Assembly: GCA_913043225.1 (NCBI GenBank)
Contig: CAJWLU010000012.1
Span: 32,001 to 96,000 of the forward strand
Direction: 5' to 3'
Length of the DNA stretch: 64,000 nt
From: an uncultured Acidobacteriota bacterium
GTDB lineage: Bacteria; Acidobacteriota; Vicinamibacteria; Vicinamibacterales; UBA8438
Shown here piece by piece: positions 19,248 through 29,542 of the stretch (position 1 is the first letter of the stretch; the number at the start of each line of letters is the position of its first letter). The notes below the pieces were generated by a model. That model was not told the DNA's origin. It saw only the letters and a program-made list of their open reading frames with translations, and made no database searches. The position numbers were made by a program, and so were the translations under genes.

Positions 19248-21212
19248 ATGCGTCCAGCCCTCAGTCTTGTGATGGGTGTCGTGGTGATCGGAAGTCTCGC
19301 GAATCCTGCGGCGGCCCAGTACGGAGCCACCGATGGTGAGTGGCGTGCGTTTGCGGGCGATGCCGGCAGCACCAAGTATTCCTCGCTCGACCAGATCGAC
19401 GCTGACAACGTCGGGTCGCTGGATATCGCGTGGCGCCGGCCGCTGGTCGATCCCTCCTACTTGGAGATGAATCCGGAACTCCGGTACTCGAACGTTTCGA
19501 GCGCGGCGCCGCTCGTCATCGACGGTGTCGGCTATGTACCGAACAGCATCGGGCTGGTCGAGGCCTTCGACGTCGAAACGGGCGAGACACTGTGGGCCCA
19601 GCCACCCTACGGCGGGATCGAAGACCTCCGGGGCGCTGGCACCCGCGGTGTGGCGTACTGGAGCGAAGGCGACGAGGAGCGGATCCTCGTCCAGCGCGGT
19701 GAGTATCTCTACGCCCTCCGCCCCGACACGGGTGCACTGTTCGACGACTTCGGCGATGGCGGTCGTGTGCATCTGACGATCGGCCTGGCCGAAGGCGCCC
19801 GTTACCGTTGGGGCGGCGCGCCCACTGTTGTCCGCGATGTGGTCGTGCTGGGACAGTCGATGTCGGACACCTTTCAGACCAAGGAGGCGATCCGGGGTGA
19901 CGTCCGGGCTTTCGACGTGCGTACGGGTGAGCTGCGCTGGGTGTTCCACACCATCCCGCAGGCGGGCGAGTTCGGCACCGATACCTGGGCGGACGATTCC
20001 TACGCCTACTCCGGTCATGCCCCGGTGTGGGCGCTGTTTGCCGCCGACGAGGAACTGGGTTACGTCTACATGCCCGTGTCTTCGCCGACCAACGACATGT
20101 ACGGCGGGCACCGAGGCGGCGACAATCTCTATGGTCAGAGCATCGTCTGCGTGGACGCCACGACGGGAGAACGGGTCTGGCACTTTCAGACGGTGCACCA
20201 CGGGCTGTGGGACTACGACCCGCCCGCCGCGCCGATCTTGATGGACCTCACTGTCGACGGGCGCGAGGTCAAGGCGGTCGTCCAGCTAACCAAGCAGGCC
20301 TTTGCGTTCGCCTTCGATCGGGTGAACGGGGATCCCATCTGGCCGATCGAGGAGCGTCCGGTCCCGCAGTCGGCGGCCCCGGGAGAGCTGACCTCGCCTA
20401 CGCAGCCGTTCCCCACGAAGCCGCCGCCGTTCGACCGCCAGGGCGCCACGATCGAGAACCTAATCGACTTCACCCCAGAACTGAGGGTGGAGGCGGTCGA
20501 GATCACTGATCGCTACGTCATCGGGCCGATGTTCACGCCGCCGTCGATTCGCGGAGACGGGCCGAACGACAGGCAGGGCACCATTCAGCTTCCCGGGTCG
20601 CAGGGCGGCGCGGACGTCCAGGGCGGGGCATTCGATCCCGAGACCGGCTATCTCTATATACCGTCGATTACGTCGCCGTTTGTTGCCGACATCCTCGAGG
20701 GCAACCCAGACCGCACGAACCTGAACTACGTGAAGGGAAGTCGGCAGTGGATCGGCGGTCCCCGGGGGCTCCCGCTCTTCAAGCCGCCCTACGGTCGGAT
20801 TACCGCCATCGACATGAACCGGGGAGAGATCGTCTGGATGACCCCTAACGGCGATGGCCCCCGGAACCACCCGGCCATCGCCCACCTTAATCTGGGCAAG
20901 CTTGGGGTGCCGGGGCGCCCGGCGCCGCTGCTCACCAAGACCCTGTTGTTCCTGGGAGAGGGCTCGACCAACTTACCCGGTGGGTCTCGGGTCCCCGAGG
21001 GGATGCCACCGCAGATCGTTACCAATTACGGTGGTCGTACCTTCCGGGCCTACGACAAAGCCACGGGTGACGTGATCTGGGAGACCGAACTGCCTGCTGG
21101 GACGCTGGCACCTCCGGTGACCTACATGGCCGGCGGACGGCAGTACCTGTTGGTCGCCACCGGTGATACCGACACGCCGGGCGAGACGCTCGCCTTCGCC
21201 TTGCCGCAGTAG
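19248..21212 (+). CDS. PQQ-dependent dehydrogenase (soluble quinoprotein glucose dehydrogenase-like)
   Basis: KYSSLDQI, RGVAYW, WHFQTVHHGLWDYD, PIWPIEERPVP, KPPYGRITAID, TYMAGGRQY. Confidence 0.9.
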   Translation: MRPALSLVMGVVVIGSLANPAAAQYGATDGEWRAFAGDAGSTKYSSLDQIDADNVGSLDIAWRRPLVDPSYLEMNPELRYSNVSSAAPLVIDGVGYVPNSIGLVEAFDVETGETLWAQPPYGGIEDLRGAGTRGVAYWSEGDEERILVQRGEYLYALRPDTGALFDDFGDGGRVHLTIGLAEGARYRWGGAPTVVRDVVVLGQSMSDTFQTKEAIRGDVRAFDVRTGELRWVFHTIPQAGEFGTDTWADDSYAYSGHAPVWALFAADEELGYVYMPVSSPTNDMYGGHRGGDNLYGQSIVCVDATTGERVWHFQTVHHGLWDYDPPAAPILMDLTVDGREVKAVVQLTKQAFAFAFDRVNGDPIWPIEERPVPQSAAPGELTSPTQPFPTKPPPFDRQGATIENLIDFTPELRVEAVEITDRYVIGPMFTPPSIRGDGPNDRQGTIQLPGSQGGADVQGGAFDPETGYLYIPSITSPFVADILEGNPDRTNLNYVKGSRQWIGGPRGLPLFKPPYGRITAIDMNRGEIVWMTPNGDGPRNHPAIAHLNLGKLGVPGRPAPLLTKTLLFLGEGSTNLPGGSRVPEGMPPQIVTNYGGRTFRAYDKATGDVIWETELPAGTLAPPVTYMAGGRQYLLVATGDTDTPGETLAFALPQ

Positions 21213-21240
21213 CGCGTGGGGGTTCGCTAGAACCCGCGCT
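21211..21240. terminator. Hairpin between convergent genes
   Basis: AGCGC-gtgg-GGGTTC-gcta-GAACCC-GCGCT overlapping both stop codons; no U tract. Confidence 0.45.
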
Positions 21241-21607
21241 TGCGGCCCCGGAGGCCTCGACGGCTCCCCTTGGGCTTCGCTGGCTTGCGATCGAAGCCCA
21301 TACCGCCGCCCCCCATGGGTGGGCCGTCATCCATGAACGCGGGCTGTGACGCTCGCGGTGCCCGGTCGCGTGCTTCGCTCACACGGAGGTTTCGACCGTT
21401 CAGTTCGGCACCGTCCAGCTTTTCAATGGCTTGGGAAACGGCGGCCGCATCGCCGAACTCCACAAAAGCAAAGCCGCGCGGGCGATCTGTGGCGCGATCA
21501 ACGGGGAGGAAAACCTCGGTGACCTGACCAACCTGCCCGAACAGAGTTTCGAGCTCCGTCTGTGATGTTTCGTAACTAAGGTTACCGACGAAAATTCGTG
21601 AAGAAAT
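21227..21607 (-). CDS. RRM RNA-binding protein with basic Gly/Arg tail; probable ATT start
   Basis: RNP2 IFVGNL, RNP1 RGFAFVEF; AGGGAGG SD 5 nt before ATT. Confidence 0.88.
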   Translation of the reverse strand: MSSRIFVGNLSYETSQTELETLFGQVGQVTEVFLPVDRATDRPRGFAFVEFGDAAAVSQAIEKLDGAELNGRNLRVSEARDRAPRASQPAFMDDGPPMGGGGMGFDRKPAKPKGSRRGLRGRKRGF

Positions 21608-21693
21608 AACTGCCTCCCTTGTCGACCCACGATCGCGCCACACGTCACGCGTGTCTCAGGATACTCGACGGGCATGCCGCACACAACTACTGC

Positions 21694-22386
21694 TCAGCCG
21701 CGACGCGTTCGGTCGGGAGAGCGCCTAAAGAGCGCAACGTTCGAGGCTGGGATTGCCAGACCCACGCCCCAGTGGGCGGCGATCCACCGGCAGGTCTCGG
21801 GGCAGAAAAAGCAGACGTGGGTCGGGTCGCGAATGTAGCGCGAGCCTACGAACCACTCGCGGGGCTCGGCCCACTGCGTCATCACCGCAAGCAGTCCGTT
21901 CGGCCTGAGCGATTTGAACAAGCGGTCCAGTTCGCCCCGCGGGTCTCGCAGATGCTCGACAACCTCGCTCGCGGTGATCACGTCGTAGCGCTGTTCCCAC
22001 ACCGTTGGGTCGGCCGCATAGAACGGGTCATACAACGACATCCGGAGCCCGCGTTCCTCCAGCATTCCGGCGAGCGTTGGGCTCGGCCCCGAACCGAAGT
22101 CCAGGCCAACAGCGTTGTGCGGGACCCGCTCGACCACCGGGTCCGCCAGACGGGCCAGGAAGCGACGGTAGCCGGCGTCGCCGGGTTCGTTCAGGTGCTG
22201 GTCGTACCGGGCGCGTTCGATGTCGGCCGAGACCCAGGCGTCTGGGGAGACGAAGATCAGGGCGCAGCGTCTGCACCGCCAGTAGGCCCGCTGCCGGTCT
22301 CGGTGATAGGACGGCGCCCGGTCTGCACCGCAGAGGGGACACGCGGGCGGTGTGTCGTCCCTAGCGTCGCCGGAGCGGATACTCAT
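21694..22386 (-). CDS. Class I SAM-dependent methyltransferase with N-terminal zinc ribbon
   Basis: CPLC...CRRC, LDFGSGP, YDPFY, EVVEH, DPTHVCFF. Confidence 0.88.
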   Translation of the reverse strand: MSIRSGDARDDTPPACPLCGADRAPSYHRDRQRAYWRCRRCALIFVSPDAWVSADIERARYDQHLNEPGDAGYRRFLARLADPVVERVPHNAVGLDFGSGPSPTLAGMLEERGLRMSLYDPFYAADPTVWEQRYDVITASEVVEHLRDPRGELDRLFKSLRPNGLLAVMTQWAEPREWFVGSRYIRDPTHVCFFCPETCRWIAAHWGVGLAIPASNVALFRRSPDRTRRG

Positions 22387-22473
22387 CAAAGCAATGGTTA
22401 GATGAGCGGGGCGGTGTTACCGCCCCGCGTAGCCCAGATTCTACAACCCTCTTATCGCCGATACTGATAGCCC

Positions 22474-23370
22474 ATGGCGCCGATCGTCCACCTGGCGAGC
22501 TACAACCTGCAGCGGGGTATTAACTATCCGCACTTGCTGGAACAGTTCGGTAGTCTGCCCGAACTGCGCGATGCCGACATCATTGCGGTCCAGGAAGCTC
22601 TGGTGCCGCGTGGAGGGCGCAATACCTTGGCCCGACTGTCCGAGGACCTGAGGGCCGGCCACCGGTGGAGCTATGAGCCCGTCATGCGCTATTCCGACAA
22701 GGAGTACGGCAACGGGTTTCTCTATCGGCCGGCGGTCTCGGTACGCGACGGGCGTCGGGTGTCTCTCCCTCGAGTAGCCCGGATGGGATGGTTGGCGCGG
22801 TTCAAGACCGAGGGCGGCGTGCCCGACACGAAGTCGGCCTTTGTCCAGACGTTCGACCTGCGCGGGTGCCGGTTGCGGATCGTCAATCTGCACCTCGACT
22901 TCGCAGGCGGGGCCGAGCACCGCGTCGCGCAGTTGACCCACCTGCTCGACATGGTTGATAGCCCCCTGGGGGGCGGCCACGAAGTGGACATCCTCTGTGG
23001 AGATTTCAACACCAGCGGCCCTGTCAGCGTGCCTCGGGTGGTGGCCGATACCGATCAGGTGCTGGAGGTGGCCAGGCGTCGCGGGTTCGTCGACTGCTCG
23101 GCCGACGTGGCCTGGACCAGCGATCTGTTCACCAGCATCGACGATGCCGATCCGGCGCGTCGATGGCTTGTTCTGGGCCGGGCGCTCGGATTGCACTACC
23201 GCCAGAAACTGGACCATGTAATGGTGCGCGGAGGGGTGCCGGTGGAGCCGGCCGGCGTCGTGGCCGGCGTGGTCCGGGGATCCGGGGCCGCCTCAGACCA
23301 TTTGCCGCTTACCGTCCACATCGACCTGGTGGGGCGGTATTATCGTGAAGATAGGGAGACCGCACGATGA
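22474..23370 (+). CDS. Endonuclease/exonuclease/phosphatase (EEP) family protein
   Basis: SYNL, DIIAVQE, NLHLD, GDFN, LDH, SDH motifs. Confidence 0.88.
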   Translation: MAPIVHLASYNLQRGINYPHLLEQFGSLPELRDADIIAVQEALVPRGGRNTLARLSEDLRAGHRWSYEPVMRYSDKEYGNGFLYRPAVSVRDGRRVSLPRVARMGWLARFKTEGGVPDTKSAFVQTFDLRGCRLRIVNLHLDFAGGAEHRVAQLTHLLDMVDSPLGGGHEVDILCGDFNTSGPVSVPRVVADTDQVLEVARRRGFVDCSADVAWTSDLFTSIDDADPARRWLVLGRALGLHYRQKLDHVMVRGGVPVEPAGVVAGVVRGSGAASDHLPLTVHIDLVGRYYREDRETAR

Positions 23371-23633
23371 TGACCATTCAGAACCAGACGGCTCGTTTTC
23401 TGCGGGTCCCGTTGTCTCGTGGTAAGGTGCTGCGCCTTGGTCCACGCAAGGAGGGCCAGATCTCCACCCAGGACGCCGAGCGGGAGTCGGTGAAGGCGTT
23501 GGTCGACGACGGAACCCTCAAGGTGATGGGGGTCGGACCACAGGCCGGCTCCGCCTCGCCCGCCAATCCCGCCTCGCGCGCCAACGTCCACGGCCACCTA
23601 CCGAGAGTAGCTGGACGCCGGGGCGATCGTTGA
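23367..23633 (+). CDS. Small hypothetical protein
   Basis: GGAG SD, ATGA overlap with EEP stop, plausible composition. Confidence 0.6.
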   Translation: MMTIQNQTARFLRVPLSRGKVLRLGPRKEGQISTQDAERESVKALVDDGTLKVMGVGPQAGSASPANPASRANVHGHLPRVAGRRGDR

Positions 23634-23714
23634 TCCGGCACGTCTGTCAATGCCAGACGTCCGGCAGGCCCCGGCTATAATCTCCGGCGTCTATCAAGCG
23701 GAGGAGTCTCGACT

Positions 23715-25832
23715 ATGCAAGGCAAGGTGATGACGCGGTGTGCCCTAGGCGCGCTGCTTGGAATGCTATCGGCGACGGCGACCCAGGCGCAGGACGGCTC
23801 GTGGCAGACCTACGGTACCGAGAATGGCGAGTGGCGGAGTTATGCCGGCAATATCGCCGGGCAGAAATACTCGCCGCTGGACCAGATCGACGGTAGCAAC
23901 TTCGAGCAGCTCGAGCTCGCCTGGAGCTGGGAGTCAGCTGACCGGATGGTCAGCCGGACCATGCCCGACGGGAGCGAGTGGTGGGCGCCACTCGAGACTA
24001 TCGTCGAGTCGCTGGTCGAGGACACCCCGGATCTGTATCGCACCAGCCATCTTCCTCGGGCTGGCGGCATGCAGGCGACGCCGCTGATGGTCGACGGCGT
24101 GCTCTACTTCAACACCGCGCTGTCCCAGGGCGTGGCGATCGACGCAACCACCGGTGAGACCATCTGGGTCTATAACCCCAAGAGCTACGAAGAGGGGACT
24201 ACCCCGATGAGCGGCACCTTCCGCCAGCGCGGCGTCGCCTACTGGACCGACGGCGAGGGTGACGAGCGGATCCTCTGGGGGACCGGCGCCGGGTATCTGG
24301 TCTGTGTCGAGGCCAAGACCGGGCGCCCGTGTCCAGATTTCGGGGACAACGGCAACGGCATGGTCGACGCTATGGTGGGCATTCCGCGGGCTGTGCGCGA
24401 GGAGCGGGACGAGCTCAACGCGATGCTCTACGGCATCCACTCGCCGCCGATCGTGGTGCGCGATAAGGTGATTCATGGTTCCCAGATTGCCGACCGCCGC
24501 CATACCAAGGAGGCGGTACCCGGCTGGGTGCGGGCCTGGGACATTAAGACCGGCCAGCACGCATGGGACTTCCACACTGTCCCGAACAGCAACGACGAGT
24601 TCGGCGCCGACACCTGGCTGAACGAGTCGTGGCGCTACTCGGGCAACGCCAACGTCTGGTCGATGTTGGCCGGCGACAACGAACTGGGGCATGTCTATCT
24701 GCCGACTGGCACAGCCACCAACGATTACTACGGAGCCGATCGGCCGGGTGACAACCTTTTCTCTGAGTCGATCATCGCCGTGGACATAGAGACCGGCGCG
24801 CGGATCTGGCACTTCCAGGCGGTGCACCACGGTTTGTGGGACTACGACTTCCCGACCCATCCAAACTTGGCGGATATTACCGTGGACGGGCGCGACATTA
24901 AGGCGCTCGTGCAGGTCAGCAAGCAGGGCTTCGTCTATACCTTCGATCGGGTCACGGGCGACCCGGTGTGGCCGATCGAAGAGCGGCCGGTGCCGACCGA
25001 AACCAACATGCCGAACGAACGGGTGTCGCCCACCCAGCCGTTCCCCACGAGACCGGAGCCGTTCGAGTATCAGGGTGTCACTATCGACGATCTTGTCGAT
25101 TTCACCCCTGAGATCAGGGAGATGGCGATCGAGGCGGTCAAGCCCTTCCGTCTGGGGCCACTCTTCACGCCAATCTCGCGGCCGGTCGAGGGCGGATGGC
25201 AGGGCACGCTGATGCGGCCCCCCGACGGCGGTGCCGCCACTTGGGCGGGCGCTGCGCTCGATCCCGAGACCGGGTGGCTTTATGTGCCGTCACGGAACCA
25301 GGCAGTGGTGATCACGATGTATGCGCCCGATCCGGCCATCGGGGCGACCGTGGCGTATACGCACGGGGCTCCGGAAGTGGACCGGCTCGCTGGCCGGGGG
25401 CCCGGGTCATCGCGGAGCGGCGCACTGATGCCGCAGGGGTTGCCGCTTCTCAAGCCGCCTTACAGCCGGATGACCGCCATCAACATGAACACCGGAGACC
25501 ATGAGTGGATGCAGCCGCTTGGCAATGGCGACCGTATTCGCAACCATCCGAGGCTGCGGGACCTCAACCTGCCACCGCTGGGCGGCGACGGGGTTGGGGG
25601 GCCGGTGCTCACTAAGACGATGGTCGTCAGCGCGCTTTCGGCCGGTGGTAGCACGGGCGGCCCGCGTCTGGTCGCGCGGTCGAAGGAGACCGGCGAGGAG
25701 TTCGGATCGGTCGACCTGCCGACCGGGGCTCTCGGAACGCCGATGACCTACATGGTCGACGGCGTCCAGTACATAGCGGTGCCGATCGGTGGGCGGCCAC
25801 CACAGATGGTCGCCTTCCGTCTGCCGGAATAG
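23715..25832 (+). CDS. PQQ-dependent dehydrogenase (glucose dehydrogenase-like)
   Basis: KYSPLDQI, ATPLMVDG, HHGLWDYD, KPPYSRMTAI; SD GGAGGAG; TATAAT at 23676-23681. Confidence 0.9.
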   Translation: MQGKVMTRCALGALLGMLSATATQAQDGSWQTYGTENGEWRSYAGNIAGQKYSPLDQIDGSNFEQLELAWSWESADRMVSRTMPDGSEWWAPLETIVESLVEDTPDLYRTSHLPRAGGMQATPLMVDGVLYFNTALSQGVAIDATTGETIWVYNPKSYEEGTTPMSGTFRQRGVAYWTDGEGDERILWGTGAGYLVCVEAKTGRPCPDFGDNGNGMVDAMVGIPRAVREERDELNAMLYGIHSPPIVVRDKVIHGSQIADRRHTKEAVPGWVRAWDIKTGQHAWDFHTVPNSNDEFGADTWLNESWRYSGNANVWSMLAGDNELGHVYLPTGTATNDYYGADRPGDNLFSESIIAVDIETGARIWHFQAVHHGLWDYDFPTHPNLADITVDGRDIKALVQVSKQGFVYTFDRVTGDPVWPIEERPVPTETNMPNERVSPTQPFPTRPEPFEYQGVTIDDLVDFTPEIREMAIEAVKPFRLGPLFTPISRPVEGGWQGTLMRPPDGGAATWAGAALDPETGWLYVPSRNQAVVITMYAPDPAIGATVAYTHGAPEVDRLAGRGPGSSRSGALMPQGLPLLKPPYSRMTAINMNTGDHEWMQPLGNGDRIRNHPRLRDLNLPPLGGDGVGGPVLTKTMVVSALSAGGSTGGPRLVARSKETGEEFGSVDLPTGALGTPMTYMVDGVQYIAVPIGGRPPQMVAFRLPE

Positions 25833-25877
25833 CTCGGGCACATTAAGGTTTTGGGCCTTCTATCAGGAGCTGAACTG

Positions 25878-26888
25878 ATGCCTGCGTATCGATTGTGCGG
25901 CATCCTGCTTGTGGGGGTGAGCCTCGGGTGTTCGCCGTCTCCATCAGGGTCGCTTCCGCCGTCAGAAGCCTCATCGTCTCCTTCACCGGCCTCTTCATCG
26001 GCGCGAGAGGTAAGCACCGTTGCCACGATCGCCTTCACCGAAGGACCCACTGCCGATCAGGATGGCACGGTCTACTTCACCGACCTCCGAAACAACCGGA
26101 TCCTGCGGCTGGGTGTCGATGGCCAGGTGTCCACCTTTCGCCAGCCGAGCAACGACGCCAATGGGTTGTTGTTCGACAGCGAGTTTCGGCTGCTGGCCTG
26201 TGAGGGGGGCGACGGCGAGACGGCCCTGCCGCGAGTGACTCGTACCAACATGGTGACCGGCGAGGTCGAAGTGCTGGCTGACAGCTTCGAGGGCAAGCAG
26301 TTCCATCGCCCCAACGACCTGACCTTCGACAGTCAGGGCCGCATCTATTTCACTGATCGGCCCGGTGCCAACGTCACACCCGAGCAGACCGGCGTACATG
26401 GGGTATATCGCATCGATCCTGATGGCACCGTCGCCCGTGTCCTGACCGAGCCGGAGGTGGTGCGTCCCAATGGCATCGTCATCTCGCCTGACGACTTGAC
26501 GCTGTATGTCATCGAGACTGAACAGAGAGAGGGGGGGGCTCGTCTGATTCGCGCCTACGACTTGGCGGAGGACGGCACGGTCGGCAATCACCGGGTGTTC
26601 CACGACTTCTATCCTGGGCGGAGCGGTGACGGGATGACCATCGACAGCCAGGGCAACCTGTATGTGGCCGCTGGGCTGAACGCGTTGCGGGGGACCAGCG
26701 AGACGCTCGACACAGTGGCCGGCATCCATGTGTTCTCGCCGGCGGGTCAGCTGCTCGAGCACATCCCGATTCCCGAGGACACGATCACGAACGCAGCTTT
26801 CGGTGGCGACGATATGCGGACGCTGTATGTCACCGCCGGGAAGACGGTATACACCTTCCTGACCGACATCGAAGGGACGAGACGATGA
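25878..26888 (+). CDS. SMP-30/gluconolactonase family lipoprotein
   Basis: FTEGP, PNDL, PNGIVISPD, DGMTIDSQGNLYVA; lipobox SLGC. Confidence 0.9.
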   Translation: MPAYRLCGILLVGVSLGCSPSPSGSLPPSEASSSPSPASSSAREVSTVATIAFTEGPTADQDGTVYFTDLRNNRILRLGVDGQVSTFRQPSNDANGLLFDSEFRLLACEGGDGETALPRVTRTNMVTGEVEVLADSFEGKQFHRPNDLTFDSQGRIYFTDRPGANVTPEQTGVHGVYRIDPDGTVARVLTEPEVVRPNGIVISPDDLTLYVIETEQREGGARLIRAYDLAEDGTVGNHRVFHDFYPGRSGDGMTIDSQGNLYVAAGLNALRGTSETLDTVAGIHVFSPAGQLLEHIPIPEDTITNAAFGGDDMRTLYVTAGKTVYTFLTDIEGTRR

Positions 26889-28027
26889 GTATACGCGTGC
26901 GCTCGTTGCTCGTTGCGTGGGCCGTGGTGCTGACTCCCCAAATGACCTTGGCGCAGTCGATTGACACGGTCGCCGCCCTCGTGCCGGCGCCTCTGGGCTA
27001 CGCCTCGGTGGTCGAAGAGGCTCGACGCCTGGTGATCGCTGATCAGGCGGAGCGTGGCTACCCGGGCATCGCGATTGCGGTTTCGGTCGACGGTGAGACG
27101 GTATGGTCCGAGGGGTTCGGCTACGCCGACCTCGAGCATCGGGTGCCGATGTGGCCGTCGGCCAAGTTCCGGGTCGGCAGCATCTCCAAGTCGATGACGG
27201 CCGCCGCCGCGGCCACTCTGGTCGAAGCGGGGCGCCTCGATCTCGACGTGCCGATCCAGCGCTATGTCCCGTCGTTTCCGGAGAAGGCGCACCCCATTAC
27301 GGCTCGTCAGCTCGGCGGGCACTTGGGCGGCATTCGCCACTACAAGGGCGACGAGAACCTGATTAACGAGCAGTACGACACGGTGTCGGAAGCACTCTTG
27401 ATCTTCGCGGCCGATCCACTGGAGCATCCCCCCGGAAGCGAGTTCCTCTACACGAGTCACGGTTTCAATCTGTTGAGCGCCGTGGTCGAGGGGGCTGCGG
27501 GTGAGGACTTTCTGACCTACATGCGTCACGCTGTGTTCCGTCCGCTTGGGATGGGAGATACCGTCGCCGACCATGTCGCGCCGATCATCGCCGGACGGAC
27601 GAGTTACTACGTGCGGGACGATGCGGGTCAGGTGGTGAACGCACCGTGGGTGAACAATAGCTACAAATGGGCGGGTGGCGGGTTCCTGTCAACGACCGAG
27701 GATGTCCTCCGGTTTGCTAACGCCCATCTCGGCGATGAATACCTGTCTCGTGAAGCCCGCCGCCTCCTGTTCGCCGAGCAGCGCAACGCGGCCGGTGAGG
27801 GCACCGGGTACGGTCTTGGCTGGTTCGTCGATACTGGTGATGACGGGCGGCGACTTCTCTTCCATGCGGGTGGGTCCATCGGCGGAACTTCGCTGATGAT
27901 CATGCAGCCCGAGACTGGCGTCGTGGTGGTCGGGCTGATCAACCTGTCCGGGGCACAGAACGGTGTCGTGCGCGATGTCCTACGGCTGTTCGTTGGGGCG
28001 GCCGATATGACCACTAGTGAATCCTGA
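26885..28027 (+). CDS. Serine hydrolase (beta-lactamase class C-like)
   Basis: FRVGSISK (SxxK), YTSHGF, HAGG; signal peptide. Confidence 0.88.
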   Translation: MSIRVRSLLVAWAVVLTPQMTLAQSIDTVAALVPAPLGYASVVEEARRLVIADQAERGYPGIAIAVSVDGETVWSEGFGYADLEHRVPMWPSAKFRVGSISKSMTAAAAATLVEAGRLDLDVPIQRYVPSFPEKAHPITARQLGGHLGGIRHYKGDENLINEQYDTVSEALLIFAADPLEHPPGSEFLYTSHGFNLLSAVVEGAAGEDFLTYMRHAVFRPLGMGDTVADHVAPIIAGRTSYYVRDDAGQVVNAPWVNNSYKWAGGGFLSTTEDVLRFANAHLGDEYLSREARRLLFAEQRNAAGEGTGYGLGWFVDTGDDGRRLLFHAGGSIGGTSLMIMQPETGVVVVGLINLSGAQNGVVRDVLRLFVGAADMTTSES

Positions 28028-28068
28028 CGACACTGCTCCGCACGCCCGCTCCCGATCAGGACACCGGT

Positions 28069-28497
28069 TTGCATAGGCGGTCGCTGGAGTTTTGGCGCTG
28101 GGAACCGATCTACCGCCACGAAGGTGAGCTGTATCTCGAACGGCTGCGTTTGATCGCCTGCCGCTGGTTCGGCATTTACGTGCACTGGTTCCATGAGAGC
28201 GACGACGACTCCTTGCACGACCATCCCTGGCCGTTCCTCACGATCATCCTACGGGGAGGCTACTGGGAGCACACGCCCGGTCCGGGCAGCACCCTCGGCA
28301 AGCGGTGGCATCGGCCTGGCGCGATCCGTTTCTGTCCCGCGAACTGGCTGCACCGGGTCGAGATCGACCCAGCCCGCAAGCCGCTTACCGTCGTGATCCG
28401 AGGAACTCAGATCCGGCGCTGGGGGTTCCAGACTCCCAACGGATGGATCCCCTGGCCCGAGTACAAGGGACAAAAAAAGCGATCCGCTTCGTCCTGA
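28069..28497 (+). CDS. Cupin-like hypothetical protein
   Basis: LHDHPW...GGYWE...LHRVE His/Glu pattern; TTG start uncertain. Confidence 0.7.
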   Translation: MHRRSLEFWRWEPIYRHEGELYLERLRLIACRWFGIYVHWFHESDDDSLHDHPWPFLTIILRGGYWEHTPGPGSTLGKRWHRPGAIRFCPANWLHRVEIDPARKPLTVVIRGTQIRRWGFQTPNGWIPWPEYKGQKKRSASS

Positions 28498-28562
28498 TCA
28501 AACGTGAGTCACGCCCTCCTCTTTCTCCCCGATGCGCCCGACCATGGTCCAGTGGAGGCGGG

Positions 28563-29408
28563 CTAGTGGCTCATGGCGTGTAACAGGACGTTGACGCCTA
28601 GCGAGTAACCCTCCGGGGCGAATTGATCAAAGAAGCGGGGGTCTTCACCCTCGCGCTCCCACGAGTCCTGAATGTCCGTGTTGTGGGTCATCGCTACCAG
28701 AATGCGTCCGTCGTCGTCGGTGATTACCCGGAAGTGAGCCGCGTTGCTGTCGATGCCACGTTCCGAGGTAGATGACCCTCCGGTTCGCCGCCAGTAGCGG
28801 ATATTGGTTATCTGAGGCACTTCCCAGATGTTGTAGTGCGCCTGGAACAGCGGATGATCGAGCGGCAGGTCAATAATGGGATATTCCGACGGCGGCAAGA
28901 CCCGTGAGATCTCCGCCTCCCACTGATTCCAGGCCGGGGTACCCCAGAAGTCGTCCACCCAGAGAAAGCCGCCCTTGAGCAGATACTCGCGCAGGCGCTG
29001 CACTTCGATCGCAGAGAATCCCACCGTGCCGACGTCAGAGCCCATCAGGAACGGGCAGGTGAACAGCGCCGGGTCTGTGGCCCCTACCACCCAGTGGTTA
29101 GGCCGTTTCCGCTCGTCGAAGTCGACCTTGGTCGAGGTCAGCTCGGAGAGCCGGATCATAAAGTTGGAGTCGGCGTCAGGATAGTCGGTGCTCCAGCCGT
29201 ACCCCTCCCGTTCCCGACGCACACTCGTGTACATCAACCGGCAGAAGGTAAAGCCGTTGTCACGGTGAGCTGCCGGTTTGAGCCGCGGTGTGCGCCGGCT
29301 GCCGCGGAACCCACCCCAGCCTACCTGGGCGTCGGCGACCGATGCCAGGAGCATGGCAACGACCAGCGCAATGGCGCCGCCGGATAGCCATCGAGCGTTC
29401 AGGCGCAT
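28563..29408 (-). CDS. DUF4159-family secreted protein
   Basis: WSTDYPDAD, LREYLLKGGFLWVDDFWG, HNTD..D.WE, GVN. Confidence 0.85.
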   Translation of the reverse strand: MRLNARWLSGGAIALVVAMLLASVADAQVGWGGFRGSRRTPRLKPAAHRDNGFTFCRLMYTSVRREREGYGWSTDYPDADSNFMIRLSELTSTKVDFDERKRPNHWVVGATDPALFTCPFLMGSDVGTVGFSAIEVQRLREYLLKGGFLWVDDFWGTPAWNQWEAEISRVLPPSEYPIIDLPLDHPLFQAHYNIWEVPQITNIRYWRRTGGSSTSERGIDSNAAHFRVITDDDGRILVAMTHNTDIQDSWEREGEDPRFFDQFAPEGYSLGVNVLLHAMSH

Positions 29409-29542
29409 AATCCTTTAAGAGTGCTGATTGTGTCACACCGCCGAGGCTCGGCGTTCGGTTTCCAGAACGGTTGCGTCGGAGACTCGGCTGGGCCATTATG
29501 CGGGGGCATCGACGCGACCGATGGAGGCAGGGGAGAGCAGGG

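Noticed and set aside
26885..28027. Antibiotic-resistance beta-lactamase
   Set aside because: SxxK family includes many esterases and peptidases; AmpC-type YxN and KTG motifs are not retained
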